A DNA stretch of 64,000 nt from Patescibacteria group bacterium (GTDB lineage: Bacteria > Patescibacteriota > Patescibacteriia > UBA9934 > GWF2-40-263), in the NCBI GenBank assembly GCA_041661745.1, contig JBAZTR010000001.1:15740-79739 (forward strand). Direction: 5' to 3'. This document shows positions 54,601 to 63,933 of the stretch, in pieces (the stretch's first letter is position 1; the number at the start of each line of letters is the position of its first letter). The translations under genes and the position numbers were made by a program. The notes under the pieces are model-generated. The model did no database searches and was not told the origin of the DNA. It was given only the letters and a program-made list of their open reading frames with translations.

Positions 54601-54952
54601 TTCTGCCGTTTACTACGTCGGGGTCGATAAACGTCGCCACGCCTTTCCCAATGAATCTGTCTATAAAACCTGGTTTCCCGACTTCTACGACATCAGAACC
54701 GTTGATCAAACCACTATGGCCAGTATTCCTTTGGGACCAATGGTGACTTATCGTCCCGGTTCAACCTTGGTTAAATTTCCTTCAGTTCCTAAAGTTTATT
54801 CCATTGATTCCACCGGCTGCCTTCACTGGCTAACCTCAAGGGAACTAGCTATCGACATGTATGGCACAGACTGGGCCGAGATTGTCAAAGACGTTTCCGA
54901 AGCCTTCTGGTCCAGTTACTGTTTCGGTGATGATCTGGTTGCCTCGCGATAA
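51680..54952 (+). CDS. large secreted surface protein with FG-GAP/integrin-alpha-type beta-propeller repeats, Fn3/Ig-like middle, and conserved about 175-aa C-terminal domain
   Basis: Signal/TM at the N-terminus. FG-GAP Ca-binding loops: DFNNDGNDDLVIG, GDVDGDGIDDLLFG, GDFNNDGYNDLLVSG, IDVDGDGYDDVLVSA, ADINNDGLKEYIVTA and IGDENGDHYEDVLVGA. The C-terminal domain is shared with the downstream giant protein. Confidence 0.8.
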   Translation: MCMYWTNNFKKISLYTGLFLFSFSLFFLVWNVAYGASPVTDFVHFDGDASDNWAGFSSEMMDFNNDGNDDLVIGVISEGTVGAEVGAIYIIYGDGSTWTSMSIADADVKITGATDSNGIAYMGKEIINAGDVDGDGIDDLLFGAERGEGNSILDNGLAFLVYGGQGLSGTYSANNIGTTIAGATFYGTVAQEQAGSRLSAGDFNNDGYNDLLVSGILYATGLAQRGAGYLIYGDDTRLSGTNALSNVGGSIAGVTFVGAAAGDRLGKGVRMIDVDGDGYDDVLVSATLAHYGGIADVGVTYLIYGNQTLVSPVDVSNVGGSVTGASFYGEVLNDSSGNDIMGGFFNEDAYGDFSIFANAADNGAISNVGVNYLIFGAATRFTGANALSGVGTTISGLKFVGEGESDRFGNYFTSADINNDGLKEYIVTATSNDNGGAITDSYGAMYIVYRNQVLTSPILASTIGTTVSGVKFVGEELGGLLGFDVTNIGDENGDHYEDVLVGAYKVDVGAYTDAGKVYLAYFYIDADHDGYPGTAGVFDGTDKDDADPLVLDSWHPTITGVSGVEATDGGGEVTVTFTLDDPDNDDNCQAKIEYSIDGGSTWSDPTISTTNSDTTATYGDPDIDNSATYQVGKAGAYITTSSGANTVVVKWNSLVDVPTANVSNAQIRVTPYDSHAPGTAVASSNFILDNVDPASLASLAYGTSTYNTLSVTWTAATDTNFDHYELWYGTNQSDVDSLTGTAAEWDNSDDAALTTATTAVTTITNLSSFTTYYFKIFAIDDYGNESTLSSVSARTTKKGSSSGSGSITPAQLSNFAVIQKNFPTATTIKTGEATSFSWLSTKIGYLINLWYSLDNGETYIKIVGPAADTETYEWTTPSNLSGTKIIFKLELTDSIVILDTEITEFSIFTEAIEEDVQEEISIIGAVLESVFGGRWEINLEESGITEVFGDFPETVSIGSLIKLPDDGDLTTQFDSAVYYVGVDKRRHAFPNESVYKTWFPDFYDIRTVDQTTMASIPLGPMVTYRPGSTLVKFPSVPKVYSIDSTGCLHWLTSRELAIDMYGTDWAEIVKDVSEAFWSSYCFGDDLVASR
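54425..54949 (+). repeat. copy 1 of dispersed about 525-bp repeat encoding shared C-terminal domain (copy 2 at 63297..63821)
   Basis: Copy 1 reads ...KLPDDGDLTTQFDSAVYYVGVDKRRHAFPNESVYKTWF...GCLHWLTSRELAIDMYGTDWAEIVKDVSEAFWSSYCFGDDLVA. Copy 2 reads ...KLPDDGDPTTQFDSAVYYIGLDKRRHAFPNEQVYKSWF...GCLRWLTSEELAIDMYGPDWARIVKDVSEAFWSSYCFGDDLVA. Confidence 0.75.
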
Positions 54953-54970
54953 TAACAAACATACAAATAA

Positions 54971-54999
54971 ACACCCGGGAATTTCGGGTGTTTTTGTTT
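54971..54999 (+). terminator. rho-independent terminator
   Basis: acacccg-ggaattt-cgggtgt is followed by TTTTGTTTG. Confidence 0.6.
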
Positions 55000-55052
55000 G
55001 TGGATAAACTCAGAAGTTTTTTCTGTTTTGTGCTAAAATAGAATCAAATTTT

Positions 55053-58000
55053 ATGGCGCTAAAAAGGAATAATCCTAATTGGATAAACCGATTTTTTTCG
55101 GTTAGTTTTTTGTTTATTGTGGCTCTCTTGTTTTTCAGAGCCAGCCCGACTCTTGCTGCGGCTGTCTCTTGGGACAGTGGTGGGGCCAACAATGATTGGG
55201 AAACCGCAGCCAACTGGTCAGGCGACGCTGTGCCGACCGATGCTGATGACGTAACGATTGATTACGCTGAAACAATTAATATCAATGCAACGACGACGAT
55301 TAATTCTTTGACCGTTGGCGGCACAAACGCGACAGTTTTGAATTTTGATTACGATGCGCTGACTGCGGGAGCACTTATTATCGACGCCGGGGCTTTGACT
55401 GTGGCGGCGAACGGAACGATTACTCATACAGCTGGTTCAACAACCTCGGTGCTTGGCTCAGTTTATATTGATGTACAAACTGGAGGTGCCACAATCACAG
55501 GAACAATTAATGTGGACGCAAAAGGATACACAGAGGGATATGGGACAGGTGTCGGAGGAAATAACTTTTCCGGAGGAGGATTTGGTGGTGAGGGCGGCCG
55601 AGGGGAAAGCGGAACAAGCGGTACAACCTATGGCTCAATCACAGCACCGGTTAGTTTGGGTAGCGGTGGAAACTCATATTGTGGCGCTTCGTCAGGGCAT
55701 GGAGCTGGTGCCGTTCGATTGCATGTCGCTGGGGAACTTAGCGTGGCTGGCAGTATTTCAGCCGTCGGAGGCGATGGCACTGCCTGGTGTGCTGGCGCCG
55801 GTTCAGGTGGGTCGATTTATTTGGATGCAGGAACAATTTCAGGGGCCGGAACAATTTCTGTAAATGGAGGAGCAGACACAAACGGAGAATTACGAGGCGG
55901 TCATGGGGGTGGGGGTCGCGTTGCCATGTATTACGACACAAAAACCTATTCAGGAGGTTTAACCGCATATACGGGATCCTTCGGGAGTAACACTTATTAT
56001 GGTGGGGCTGGAACAATTTACGTTAAGGATAACGCACAGCCCAATGGTGATTTAACAATCGATAATAATTCAAAGGACAATACCACGAGCGATACGGCGA
56101 TTGGAAAGACAAATCTTTCCACCGCGACCTATAAAACGCTTACGATTTCCAATGATGGTCACATCGATATCCAGTCTGGACAGACACTTACCTATACGAC
56201 GCTCACCTGGACCGGTGGAAACATAACAGATAGCGGAGGAACGCTAAATACCGTAACGACCGGGGATGTTGTGATCCCAGCGAGTTCCTATTTCTATGCC
56301 AATGGGAATTATACTGGAGCCAGTGCTTGGACGACATTGCTCGTGAACGGGGTGCTCACACATTCAAACAATGTGAACCTAGCAACATATGATTTGGATG
56401 TAGAGACGACCAGCACGGCAGAAATTGCTGCAGGCGGTTCAATTGATGTTTCCGGTCGGGGTTTTACAAAAGGGAATGGAACCGGCACTGGTAGTGGACA
56501 AGGTGCTGCGGGTGGGCATGGTGGCCAGGGCGGACCAGGTGATGGAACAGGTGGAGGAGTTTATGGTTCCATTACAGCCCCAATTACGCTTGGGAGCGGT
56601 GGAAATAGCAGCTGCGGAAGCGGTGGGCAAGGGGGTGGGGCAGTGAAATTAACTATTGGCACGACATTGACCGTGACGGGAGACATTCTTGCTTCTGGGA
56701 GCAATGCAAGCAACGATTGGTGTTCCGCAGCTGGTGCTGGGGGGTCAATTTATTTGGATGTTACAACAATGGCGGGCGCAGGGGCGATGACTGCTGGTGG
56801 TGGAAATGCAGTAAATGGGGAGCTTCGAGCTGGGGGCGGAGGTGGAGGACGAATCGCATATTATTACGATTCTTCAACTTATTCGGGCACGGTAACTGCA
56901 TATGGTGGATATCAGGCATCGAATTACTATATCGGGGCGGCAGGAACGATTTATGAAAAAGATAACGATGACGCGAATGGTGATTTAAAAATTGATAATA
57001 ATAGCCACGATAATGCAACGTACGATGCATGGCTTGCGCGAACCCCACTTACCCCAACAAGCACTCCTCTTTCTCTGACAGTAGATTCACTCACCCTCTC
57101 CAACGATGGCCACCTATTACTCACCGCAGATACTACCATCGATTACACCACAATTTCCTGGACCGGAGGGAATATTACGGATCGTGGAGGTGTCATGAAT
57201 GATTTGCTGGGTAGCAGTGTTGACATGACCATTCCAACCGGATCAATGTTTTATGCAGATTACGCGCGCACGTTAAATAGTTTGACGGTCGATGGAACTC
57301 TTACACACTCGCAAAATTATTCCACGGCAACATATCGCATGAATTTGACCGTTACCACGGACATGACGATTTCTGCTTCGGGTTCCGTAACTGCTTACGG
57401 GAAGGGTTTTGTGGGTCAGCAAGGGAATGCGACGGGAAAAGGATACAGTACAAACTCTGGTGCGGGATATGGAGGGCAAGGGTATGGGGTGAACACTTCT
57501 TACGGAAACGTCTATGGATCAATTACTGCTCCAACAGATTTGGGAAGTGGTGGAGGAAGCTATATTGGTTGGGCAACGGATGCGAAAACGCTTTACGGTG
57601 GTGGTGCTATCCAACTTACTGTCGGGGGCGAACTAGATGTTTCAGGGTCGATAAATGTCAATGCGTTCACGGGGAGCACGATCTATTGTGATGGAGCCGG
57701 TCAGGGATCCGGCGGGTCAATTTATCTTGATGCCGGCACGCTTTCCGGAGCCGGTTCAATGACAGCGAATGGAGGAATCCCATGTCATGCCAATGGTGGG
57801 GGCGGTGGCGGTGGTCGTATTGCAATTCATTACACCACAAATTCTTCGACACTAGTACCGACAGCATATGGTGGGTGGATCACGGGCGGTGTTAGATTTG
57901 GTGGTGCTGGAACAGTTTATTGGAACGATAAAGATGGCACCGACAATTTAGTGATTGATAATAATAGCCACGATTATACCAGTTCAGTAATTGGATATAA

Positions 58001-61000
58001 CCGCGGTAGAACCGTTCTTACAAACAGTGGAACTCCCGCATCTTTTACTTTTGATACCGTTACCATTTCTAACAGCGGCGACCTTTTATTAAATTCGGAT
58101 ACAACAATTATTTCAACAACAAATACCTGGACTGGCGGAGATATTACCGACCAAGGAGGTACGTGGAATTCATTGTTGACGAATCTTGTTATTCCTACCG
58201 GGGCAAGATTTTATGCAGACACAACAAGAAGTGTTACTTCGGTTGTTGTAAACGGCACAATGACCCATTCATTAAATTCCACAGCGGAAACATACAAAAT
58301 AGATTTCACAACAACCGGAGATTTTACTATCGGAGCGACTGGTACAGTGAATGTTGATGGCTATGGATTTACAGGGCGATATGGGACTGGTGCCGGGGTC
58401 GACGCCGGAACCTATGGATCTGGTGGTGGATACGGAGGTCGCGGTGGTGCAACATCTGATGGCGGGGATACCGGCGGTGCTACCTATGGTTCGGCAACAG
58501 CGCCAACCAATATTGGATCAGGCGGAAGTGGAAATAATGGAACAACAACCGGTGGAAAATCCGGCGGCGGTGCCATTAAGTTAACAGTTGGTGGAAATTT
58601 AGCAGTTGGTGGAGAAATTACCGCTGATGGTGGAACGGAAATGACCTTTGGAAATTCTTGGGAAAACTGGGGCGGCGGTTCTGGCGGATCAGTGTGGTTA
58701 GACATAGTGGGAACACTGTCCGGTACAGCAAATATTACCGCTGATGGTTCCGGAGGGAAGACTGCGGGTGATGGCGCCGGTGGCGGTGGACGTATTTATA
58801 TTACTTGTTCAGCCGATTCACATTCGGGATCAATGAGTGTTATTACCGGTACGGTTGGTATAGCGGGTGGAGGTGGAACCGCGACACTAGTTTTAGAAAC
58901 TCCTCCAACATCTCCAACAATTTCCAACCCTCTTAGTAATTCTTATAACAATAGTTTAACTCCGACCATTACCGGTTCTACTTATGTTTCCGATGTTGCC
59001 CACGTTTCAACTGATTGGAAAGTTGTGGCGTCTTCGGATACTTGTTCAAGCACTGCTGTTTGGGAATCAGAACACGATGCTGTTAATTTAACTTCCATTA
59101 CCGTCGGAGTAGCTCTAACTGCCAGCACAACATATAAGGCATGTGTACGTTATACCAATAGTTTTGGTGATAGCAGCTGGTCTACCGCTATAACTTTTAC
59201 AACTCAATTCGGTGGAACTAGTAACAGTACTACTTGGGATTTTGATGAGGGCGTTGTCGCCGACAATTATGATTTTAATGATATTTATGTTGAGTTGGAT
59301 GCTTCGGGGAATAGTTTAGCCAGACTAAAAGATTTGGGAGCTGGGGTTTATAGAGGGGCTCAATATCCCGGTTATGCTAAGCGCAAAGAAATTACCATTA
59401 CCAATACCACAGCTACGGAGTTAACTAACTATCAGGTTAAGCTCAATGTTTTGTATGACTCCGACATGCAGGCAGATTTCGATGATATTAGGTTTGCTTC
59501 GTCTGACGGATCAACATCAATTGATTTTTGGTTAGAAAGTAAAACCGATTCATCAAAAGCAATCGTGTGGGTTGAGGTGCCAACCATAGGGGCTTCCACT
59601 ACTGCTACGATTTACATGTATTACGGAAACACAAGTGTAAGCAGTGCCAGTAATGGCGCGAATACATTTGATTTTTTTGATGATTTTGAAAGTTACGCCG
59701 TAGATTCAAACATCAATGGTCAGGGAAGTTGGGTTGCTTCTGTTATTGGTGGCAGCGGCGAGGCAAAGGTAAGGAGCGTAAATAGCAGAAACCATTTAAG
59801 AGTTTCTTCTACTAGTACTGGTAGTGCAATTTACAATACATTGATTGGATCAAAAACCGTTTCATCTACACTGGGGTATGCCATTGAATCCTATGTTTCG
59901 CCAGCCGCAGTTGGGGAATGTACAACATATTTCTTTGGAAACACTACAACGATTGGTCCTGATAACGTCGGTCCGAATGATGGGCATGGGGCGTTTTGGA
60001 TTGGTAATGGAGGAACGCCTTGGTCGTGGGTTCGTTCTCACGTTTCCGGAGTACGTGTCGATGGCACATACAATAAAGGCGATACCGCAAGCGTTGGGAC
60101 TTACTATCGTTATACATTCAAGTGGCTAGGTACAAGTTTAAATGCCCTTAAGGACGGGAAAGCAACGTTTTCAACCACTTCTTCAGCCTTTTCCGGGTTT
60201 ACCAATATTTGGGTTGGCACATATAATCCTGCTTCTTGGAACCATGACTGGATTCTTGTAAGAAAGATAACATCTTCTGATCCTGCGATTGCTTGGGGTA
60301 ATGAAGCTAGCACAGTGTTATTGGATTGGAACTATCGCCAGGCTTTTAGTGTTTTTAACGAGACTGCTTCGGAATTAACAAATTTTCAGGTCAAAATAAA
60401 TGTTCCATATAATTCCTCAATGCAAACTGATTTTGACGATGTTCGCTTTGCCTCATCCGACGGTACCACGTTGCTTGACTATTGGTTAGAAACAAAAACA
60501 GATTCTTCTGTTGCCACGTTCTGGGTGGAAATTCCAACAATCGGTGCCTCTTCTTCTACAAATATTTATCTTTATTATGGGAATAGTGGGGCAAGCAGCG
60601 TAAGCAATGGTACAAATACTTTCGATTTTTTTGATGATTTTAGTGGAGATTTGAGTAAATGGACTGCTATCGGTTCGTTTGACACAACGGGCGGCACATT
60701 GAACTTTGTGAGCGGAGCTAGTTGTAGTTCTTCGTTTTGTTTCTTGTTGGCAGATACAGCATCGATGTTTTCTGATTATGTGATGGATTACAGTATGTAT
60801 TACGCCCCAGCTCTTGATAACGGCGCTATTCACCGTTCTCAATCAAAAGTTAACGCCGACAATACGTACGCCACGATTAAAAGGCATGTTCCCAACAACC
60901 ACTATTTTCATCGTCGGGTAGCGACGGCTTGGGGCGCGGCCATAAATGAATTAGCTTATACATACACCGACAATGTTTGGATGTATATGCAGGAAACATT

Positions 61001-63824
61001 TGCTGGTTCGACTCTTAGTACAAGATTTTTTTCTGATCAAGCGAGGACAAATTTAGCAACCTATAATTCTTGGACAGAAGCCTCTTGGGGCACTGGATAC
61101 GTTGGAATTTATAATTATTCAACTTCAACCGGCGTTAAATGGGATGATTTTAGAATTCGCAAATATGCCGCTACCGAACCAACCGTTGTTCCAGGCGGTG
61201 TTGAAAGTGTTGCGTCTTTTGATGAGATTTCTGTTGCTCCTTCCACAGCCGGCACTCACCCCATATACAACGAACTCTATGGTCTCGGGGCCACCACCGG
61301 AACAGTGGAAGGATCAATTGGTTATACTGTTTCTAACAATGGTACCAACTGGTACTATCACAACGGTTCGGCCTGGGTCGCTGTGACAACCGAAACCTCT
61401 CAGTACAACACTCTTGCTCAAGTTGATGCATACCTATATGACTTCACCTCAGAAATCGGCGATGGTGAATTCTATTTCAAAGCTTTCCTTATTTCCGACA
61501 CCACCCAAGAAGTTGAACTCAACAGCCTCACCCTGACATACATTGGTATGCCCACGGTTAACTGGACCACCGCCAGCCAATCTGGTGCAGAAGACGCCGG
61601 CGGCCTGACGGTCACGGCTTCGCTTTCTTTTTCATACGCTCTTGATGTCACGATTCCGTACACAGTGACCGGTACGGCCACTGGTTCGGGAACAGACTAT
61701 TCCATCACGGCCAGTCCGCTGGTTGTCACAGCCGGCAGCACCACCGGCAATGTCACCATCACCGTGACCAATGATGTTATCGATGAACTGGACGAAACCG
61801 TGGTTGTCACCATGGGTTCACTGACTAATGGTATTAAAGGGGCCACTGATGTTCACACCGCTACCATCACCGATAACGATGCCGCCCCAACCATTGCCGT
61901 GGCTGATGTTTCTGTTGCTGAAAACGCCGGTCCGGGTACGGTCACGGTCACCATGACCGGTGGTTCATACCTCGGCACCTCGGTTAACTATGCCACCTCT
62001 GACGGCACAGCTCTTGATGGCACTGACTACACCGCCACCTCCGGCACCCTGACCTGGGCGGCTGACGCCACCGGTGACAAGACCTTCACTATCACTCTCT
62101 CTGATGACACCTTGGACGAAGATGATGAAACAGTCACCATCACTCTTTCCGTTCCGGTTAACGCCACGATTTCTGACACCACCGGAGCTTTAACCATCAC
62201 TGACAATGATGATCCCCCGACCATTACTTTCGATAGCAACACTGCCTCTGGTTCTGAAGCAACGTCTCCAGCCGCTTTTAACGTTTCATTATCTGCCGCT
62301 TCCGGTCGAACAATTACCGCCACCTGTGCCACGCACGCCATCACGGCCACGGCCGGTACTGACTACACGGCAATTTCCTCAACCTTAACCTTTAGTCCCG
62401 GTGATACTTCTAAAACCGTTAACATCACCATCAGCAATGACGCTTTGGACGAAAACAACGAAACCTTTAGTCTTCATCTTAACGACTACTCCAACGTCAC
62501 AGCCGGCACCTATACTGCCGATACCTATACCATCACCGACAACGACGATCCGCCAACCGTTTCCTGGACCACTTCCTCTCAATCCGTGACCGAAGACGCC
62601 ACCACGGCCACCATCACTGCCGAACTTAGTGCTGCCTCTGGTCTAACTGTCACTATTCCATACACCATGACCGGCACAGCCACCGGCAGCAGTACTGACT
62701 ACACCATCACCGCCAGCCCCGTGACCATCTCGGCTGGTTCAACCACCACCGATGTCACGGTCACTATTATCGAAGACGCTGTGGTGGAAACCGATGAAAC
62801 CGTCATCACCACCATTGGTTCACCGACCAATGCTTCGACCGGGGCCACCACAGTCCATACCTTAACCATTGCCAACGATGATCGTCGAAGCAAACCAACT
62901 CCATCCACCGGTGACACAACCCCCAGCACAATTAACCTAACCTCGCCAACCGATAACGAACAACTAATCGCCGGTTCCTTTAAAACCATCACCTGGTCTT
63001 CCACCGGCACCTTTGGTTTCGTTAACCTGGCCTATTCCACTGACGGCGGAGTCTCCTATCAAACAATTGAAGACAACTTAGTCAACTCCGGCTCTTATTA
63101 TTGGTCTATTCCCAACCAATCTGTCACCAACGGCTTCATCAGAATCGAAGGCACTGATCTCGCCTCTATCCTAACCTCTGACATAATTCCGTTCACCACG
63201 TTTGTCACGACCACACCAATCGATGAGGAAACTCCGGCCGAAGAAATCCCCACCGAAGAGGAAGCCGCCGAACAAATAAGTCTTATCGGTATGGCACTAG
63301 AGAGTGTTCTTGGTGACCGCTGGATCAACGAAGCGGAAAAGAACGGGGTCTGGGAAATCTTCCCGGATCTTCCGGAAGAAGTTTCCATTGGCACTCTGGT
63401 TAAACTGCCTGATGATGGCGACCCGACCACCCAATTCGATTCCGCTGTCTATTACATCGGCCTCGACAAGCGCCGTCACGCTTTCCCTAACGAACAGGTA
63501 TACAAATCTTGGTTCTCCACTTTCTATGGCATCAAGACCATCGACTCAGTCACTATGTCCAACATTCCACTCGGCCCCATGGTGACTTATCGTCCGGGTT
63601 CAACTCTAATTAAATTTCCTTCCATTACCAAAGTCTATTCCATTGATTCCGAAGGCTGTCTCCGCTGGTTAACCTCGGAAGAACTAGCCATCGACATGTA
63701 CGGTCCAGACTGGGCCAGAATCGTCAAAGACGTCTCCGAAGCCTTCTGGTCCAGCTATTGCTTTGGTGACGACCTCGTCGCTGCCAATGATCAAGATTGG
63801 GATACGGTGATTGCCTCGCAATAA
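55053..63824 (+). CDS. giant (2923 aa) secreted surface protein: repeated Gly-rich parallel beta-helix modules, 2x DUF2341/LamG-like jellyroll domains, about 5x Calx-beta domains, Ig-like domain and conserved C-terminal domain
   Basis: Signal peptide MALKRNNPNWINRFFSVSFLFIVALLFFRASPTLAAA. About 4 repeats of roughly 300 aa (GYTEGYGTG...GSITAPVSLGSGGNSYCG...GGSIYLDAGTISGAG...GGGGRVAMYYD...DLTIDNNS). DUF2341-like domains NYQVKLNVLYDSDMQADFDDIRFASSDGS...DFWLE appear twice. Calx-beta units TVTASLS...DVTIPYTVTGTATGSGTDYS...NDVIDELDETVVVT appear about 5 times. Confidence 0.85.
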   Translation: MALKRNNPNWINRFFSVSFLFIVALLFFRASPTLAAAVSWDSGGANNDWETAANWSGDAVPTDADDVTIDYAETININATTTINSLTVGGTNATVLNFDYDALTAGALIIDAGALTVAANGTITHTAGSTTSVLGSVYIDVQTGGATITGTINVDAKGYTEGYGTGVGGNNFSGGGFGGEGGRGESGTSGTTYGSITAPVSLGSGGNSYCGASSGHGAGAVRLHVAGELSVAGSISAVGGDGTAWCAGAGSGGSIYLDAGTISGAGTISVNGGADTNGELRGGHGGGGRVAMYYDTKTYSGGLTAYTGSFGSNTYYGGAGTIYVKDNAQPNGDLTIDNNSKDNTTSDTAIGKTNLSTATYKTLTISNDGHIDIQSGQTLTYTTLTWTGGNITDSGGTLNTVTTGDVVIPASSYFYANGNYTGASAWTTLLVNGVLTHSNNVNLATYDLDVETTSTAEIAAGGSIDVSGRGFTKGNGTGTGSGQGAAGGHGGQGGPGDGTGGGVYGSITAPITLGSGGNSSCGSGGQGGGAVKLTIGTTLTVTGDILASGSNASNDWCSAAGAGGSIYLDVTTMAGAGAMTAGGGNAVNGELRAGGGGGGRIAYYYDSSTYSGTVTAYGGYQASNYYIGAAGTIYEKDNDDANGDLKIDNNSHDNATYDAWLARTPLTPTSTPLSLTVDSLTLSNDGHLLLTADTTIDYTTISWTGGNITDRGGVMNDLLGSSVDMTIPTGSMFYADYARTLNSLTVDGTLTHSQNYSTATYRMNLTVTTDMTISASGSVTAYGKGFVGQQGNATGKGYSTNSGAGYGGQGYGVNTSYGNVYGSITAPTDLGSGGGSYIGWATDAKTLYGGGAIQLTVGGELDVSGSINVNAFTGSTIYCDGAGQGSGGSIYLDAGTLSGAGSMTANGGIPCHANGGGGGGGRIAIHYTTNSSTLVPTAYGGWITGGVRFGGAGTVYWNDKDGTDNLVIDNNSHDYTSSVIGYNRGRTVLTNSGTPASFTFDTVTISNSGDLLLNSDTTIISTTNTWTGGDITDQGGTWNSLLTNLVIPTGARFYADTTRSVTSVVVNGTMTHSLNSTAETYKIDFTTTGDFTIGATGTVNVDGYGFTGRYGTGAGVDAGTYGSGGGYGGRGGATSDGGDTGGATYGSATAPTNIGSGGSGNNGTTTGGKSGGGAIKLTVGGNLAVGGEITADGGTEMTFGNSWENWGGGSGGSVWLDIVGTLSGTANITADGSGGKTAGDGAGGGGRIYITCSADSHSGSMSVITGTVGIAGGGGTATLVLETPPTSPTISNPLSNSYNNSLTPTITGSTYVSDVAHVSTDWKVVASSDTCSSTAVWESEHDAVNLTSITVGVALTASTTYKACVRYTNSFGDSSWSTAITFTTQFGGTSNSTTWDFDEGVVADNYDFNDIYVELDASGNSLARLKDLGAGVYRGAQYPGYAKRKEITITNTTATELTNYQVKLNVLYDSDMQADFDDIRFASSDGSTSIDFWLESKTDSSKAIVWVEVPTIGASTTATIYMYYGNTSVSSASNGANTFDFFDDFESYAVDSNINGQGSWVASVIGGSGEAKVRSVNSRNHLRVSSTSTGSAIYNTLIGSKTVSSTLGYAIESYVSPAAVGECTTYFFGNTTTIGPDNVGPNDGHGAFWIGNGGTPWSWVRSHVSGVRVDGTYNKGDTASVGTYYRYTFKWLGTSLNALKDGKATFSTTSSAFSGFTNIWVGTYNPASWNHDWILVRKITSSDPAIAWGNEASTVLLDWNYRQAFSVFNETASELTNFQVKINVPYNSSMQTDFDDVRFASSDGTTLLDYWLETKTDSSVATFWVEIPTIGASSSTNIYLYYGNSGASSVSNGTNTFDFFDDFSGDLSKWTAIGSFDTTGGTLNFVSGASCSSSFCFLLADTASMFSDYVMDYSMYYAPALDNGAIHRSQSKVNADNTYATIKRHVPNNHYFHRRVATAWGAAINELAYTYTDNVWMYMQETFAGSTLSTRFFSDQARTNLATYNSWTEASWGTGYVGIYNYSTSTGVKWDDFRIRKYAATEPTVVPGGVESVASFDEISVAPSTAGTHPIYNELYGLGATTGTVEGSIGYTVSNNGTNWYYHNGSAWVAVTTETSQYNTLAQVDAYLYDFTSEIGDGEFYFKAFLISDTTQEVELNSLTLTYIGMPTVNWTTASQSGAEDAGGLTVTASLSFSYALDVTIPYTVTGTATGSGTDYSITASPLVVTAGSTTGNVTITVTNDVIDELDETVVVTMGSLTNGIKGATDVHTATITDNDAAPTIAVADVSVAENAGPGTVTVTMTGGSYLGTSVNYATSDGTALDGTDYTATSGTLTWAADATGDKTFTITLSDDTLDEDDETVTITLSVPVNATISDTTGALTITDNDDPPTITFDSNTASGSEATSPAAFNVSLSAASGRTITATCATHAITATAGTDYTAISSTLTFSPGDTSKTVNITISNDALDENNETFSLHLNDYSNVTAGTYTADTYTITDNDDPPTVSWTTSSQSVTEDATTATITAELSAASGLTVTIPYTMTGTATGSSTDYTITASPVTISAGSTTTDVTVTIIEDAVVETDETVITTIGSPTNASTGATTVHTLTIANDDRRSKPTPSTGDTTPSTINLTSPTDNEQLIAGSFKTITWSSTGTFGFVNLAYSTDGGVSYQTIEDNLVNSGSYYWSIPNQSVTNGFIRIEGTDLASILTSDIIPFTTFVTTTPIDEETPAEEIPTEEEAAEQISLIGMALESVLGDRWINEAEKNGVWEIFPDLPEEVSIGTLVKLPDDGDPTTQFDSAVYYIGLDKRRHAFPNEQVYKSWFSTFYGIKTIDSVTMSNIPLGPMVTYRPGSTLIKFPSITKVYSIDSEGCLRWLTSEELAIDMYGPDWARIVKDVSEAFWSSYCFGDDLVAANDQDWDTVIASQ
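63297..63821 (+). repeat. copy 2 of dispersed about 525-bp repeat (shared C-terminal domain)
   Basis: See copy 1. The identity is about 80% nt by eye, and a similar terminator follows. Confidence 0.75.
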
Positions 63825-63842
63825 AAACAAATAGACAAAAAA

Positions 63843-63870
63843 CACTCGGGTTCCCGAGTGTTTTTGTTTT
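63843..63870 (+). terminator. rho-independent terminator
   Basis: cactcggg-ttc-ccgagtg is followed by TTTTTGTTTT. Confidence 0.6.
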
Positions 63871-63933
63871 CCCTTTAATCCCCCTTCACCCCCTTTCACC
63901 CCTTCACCCCCTTTGATACAATAGGGCCACAAT

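Noticed and set aside
55218-63010. Many 60-136-aa ORFs on both strands inside the giant surface-protein gene
   Set aside because: They are shadow ORFs within repetitive Gly/Thr-rich coding sequence, where the long frame has clear domain structure.
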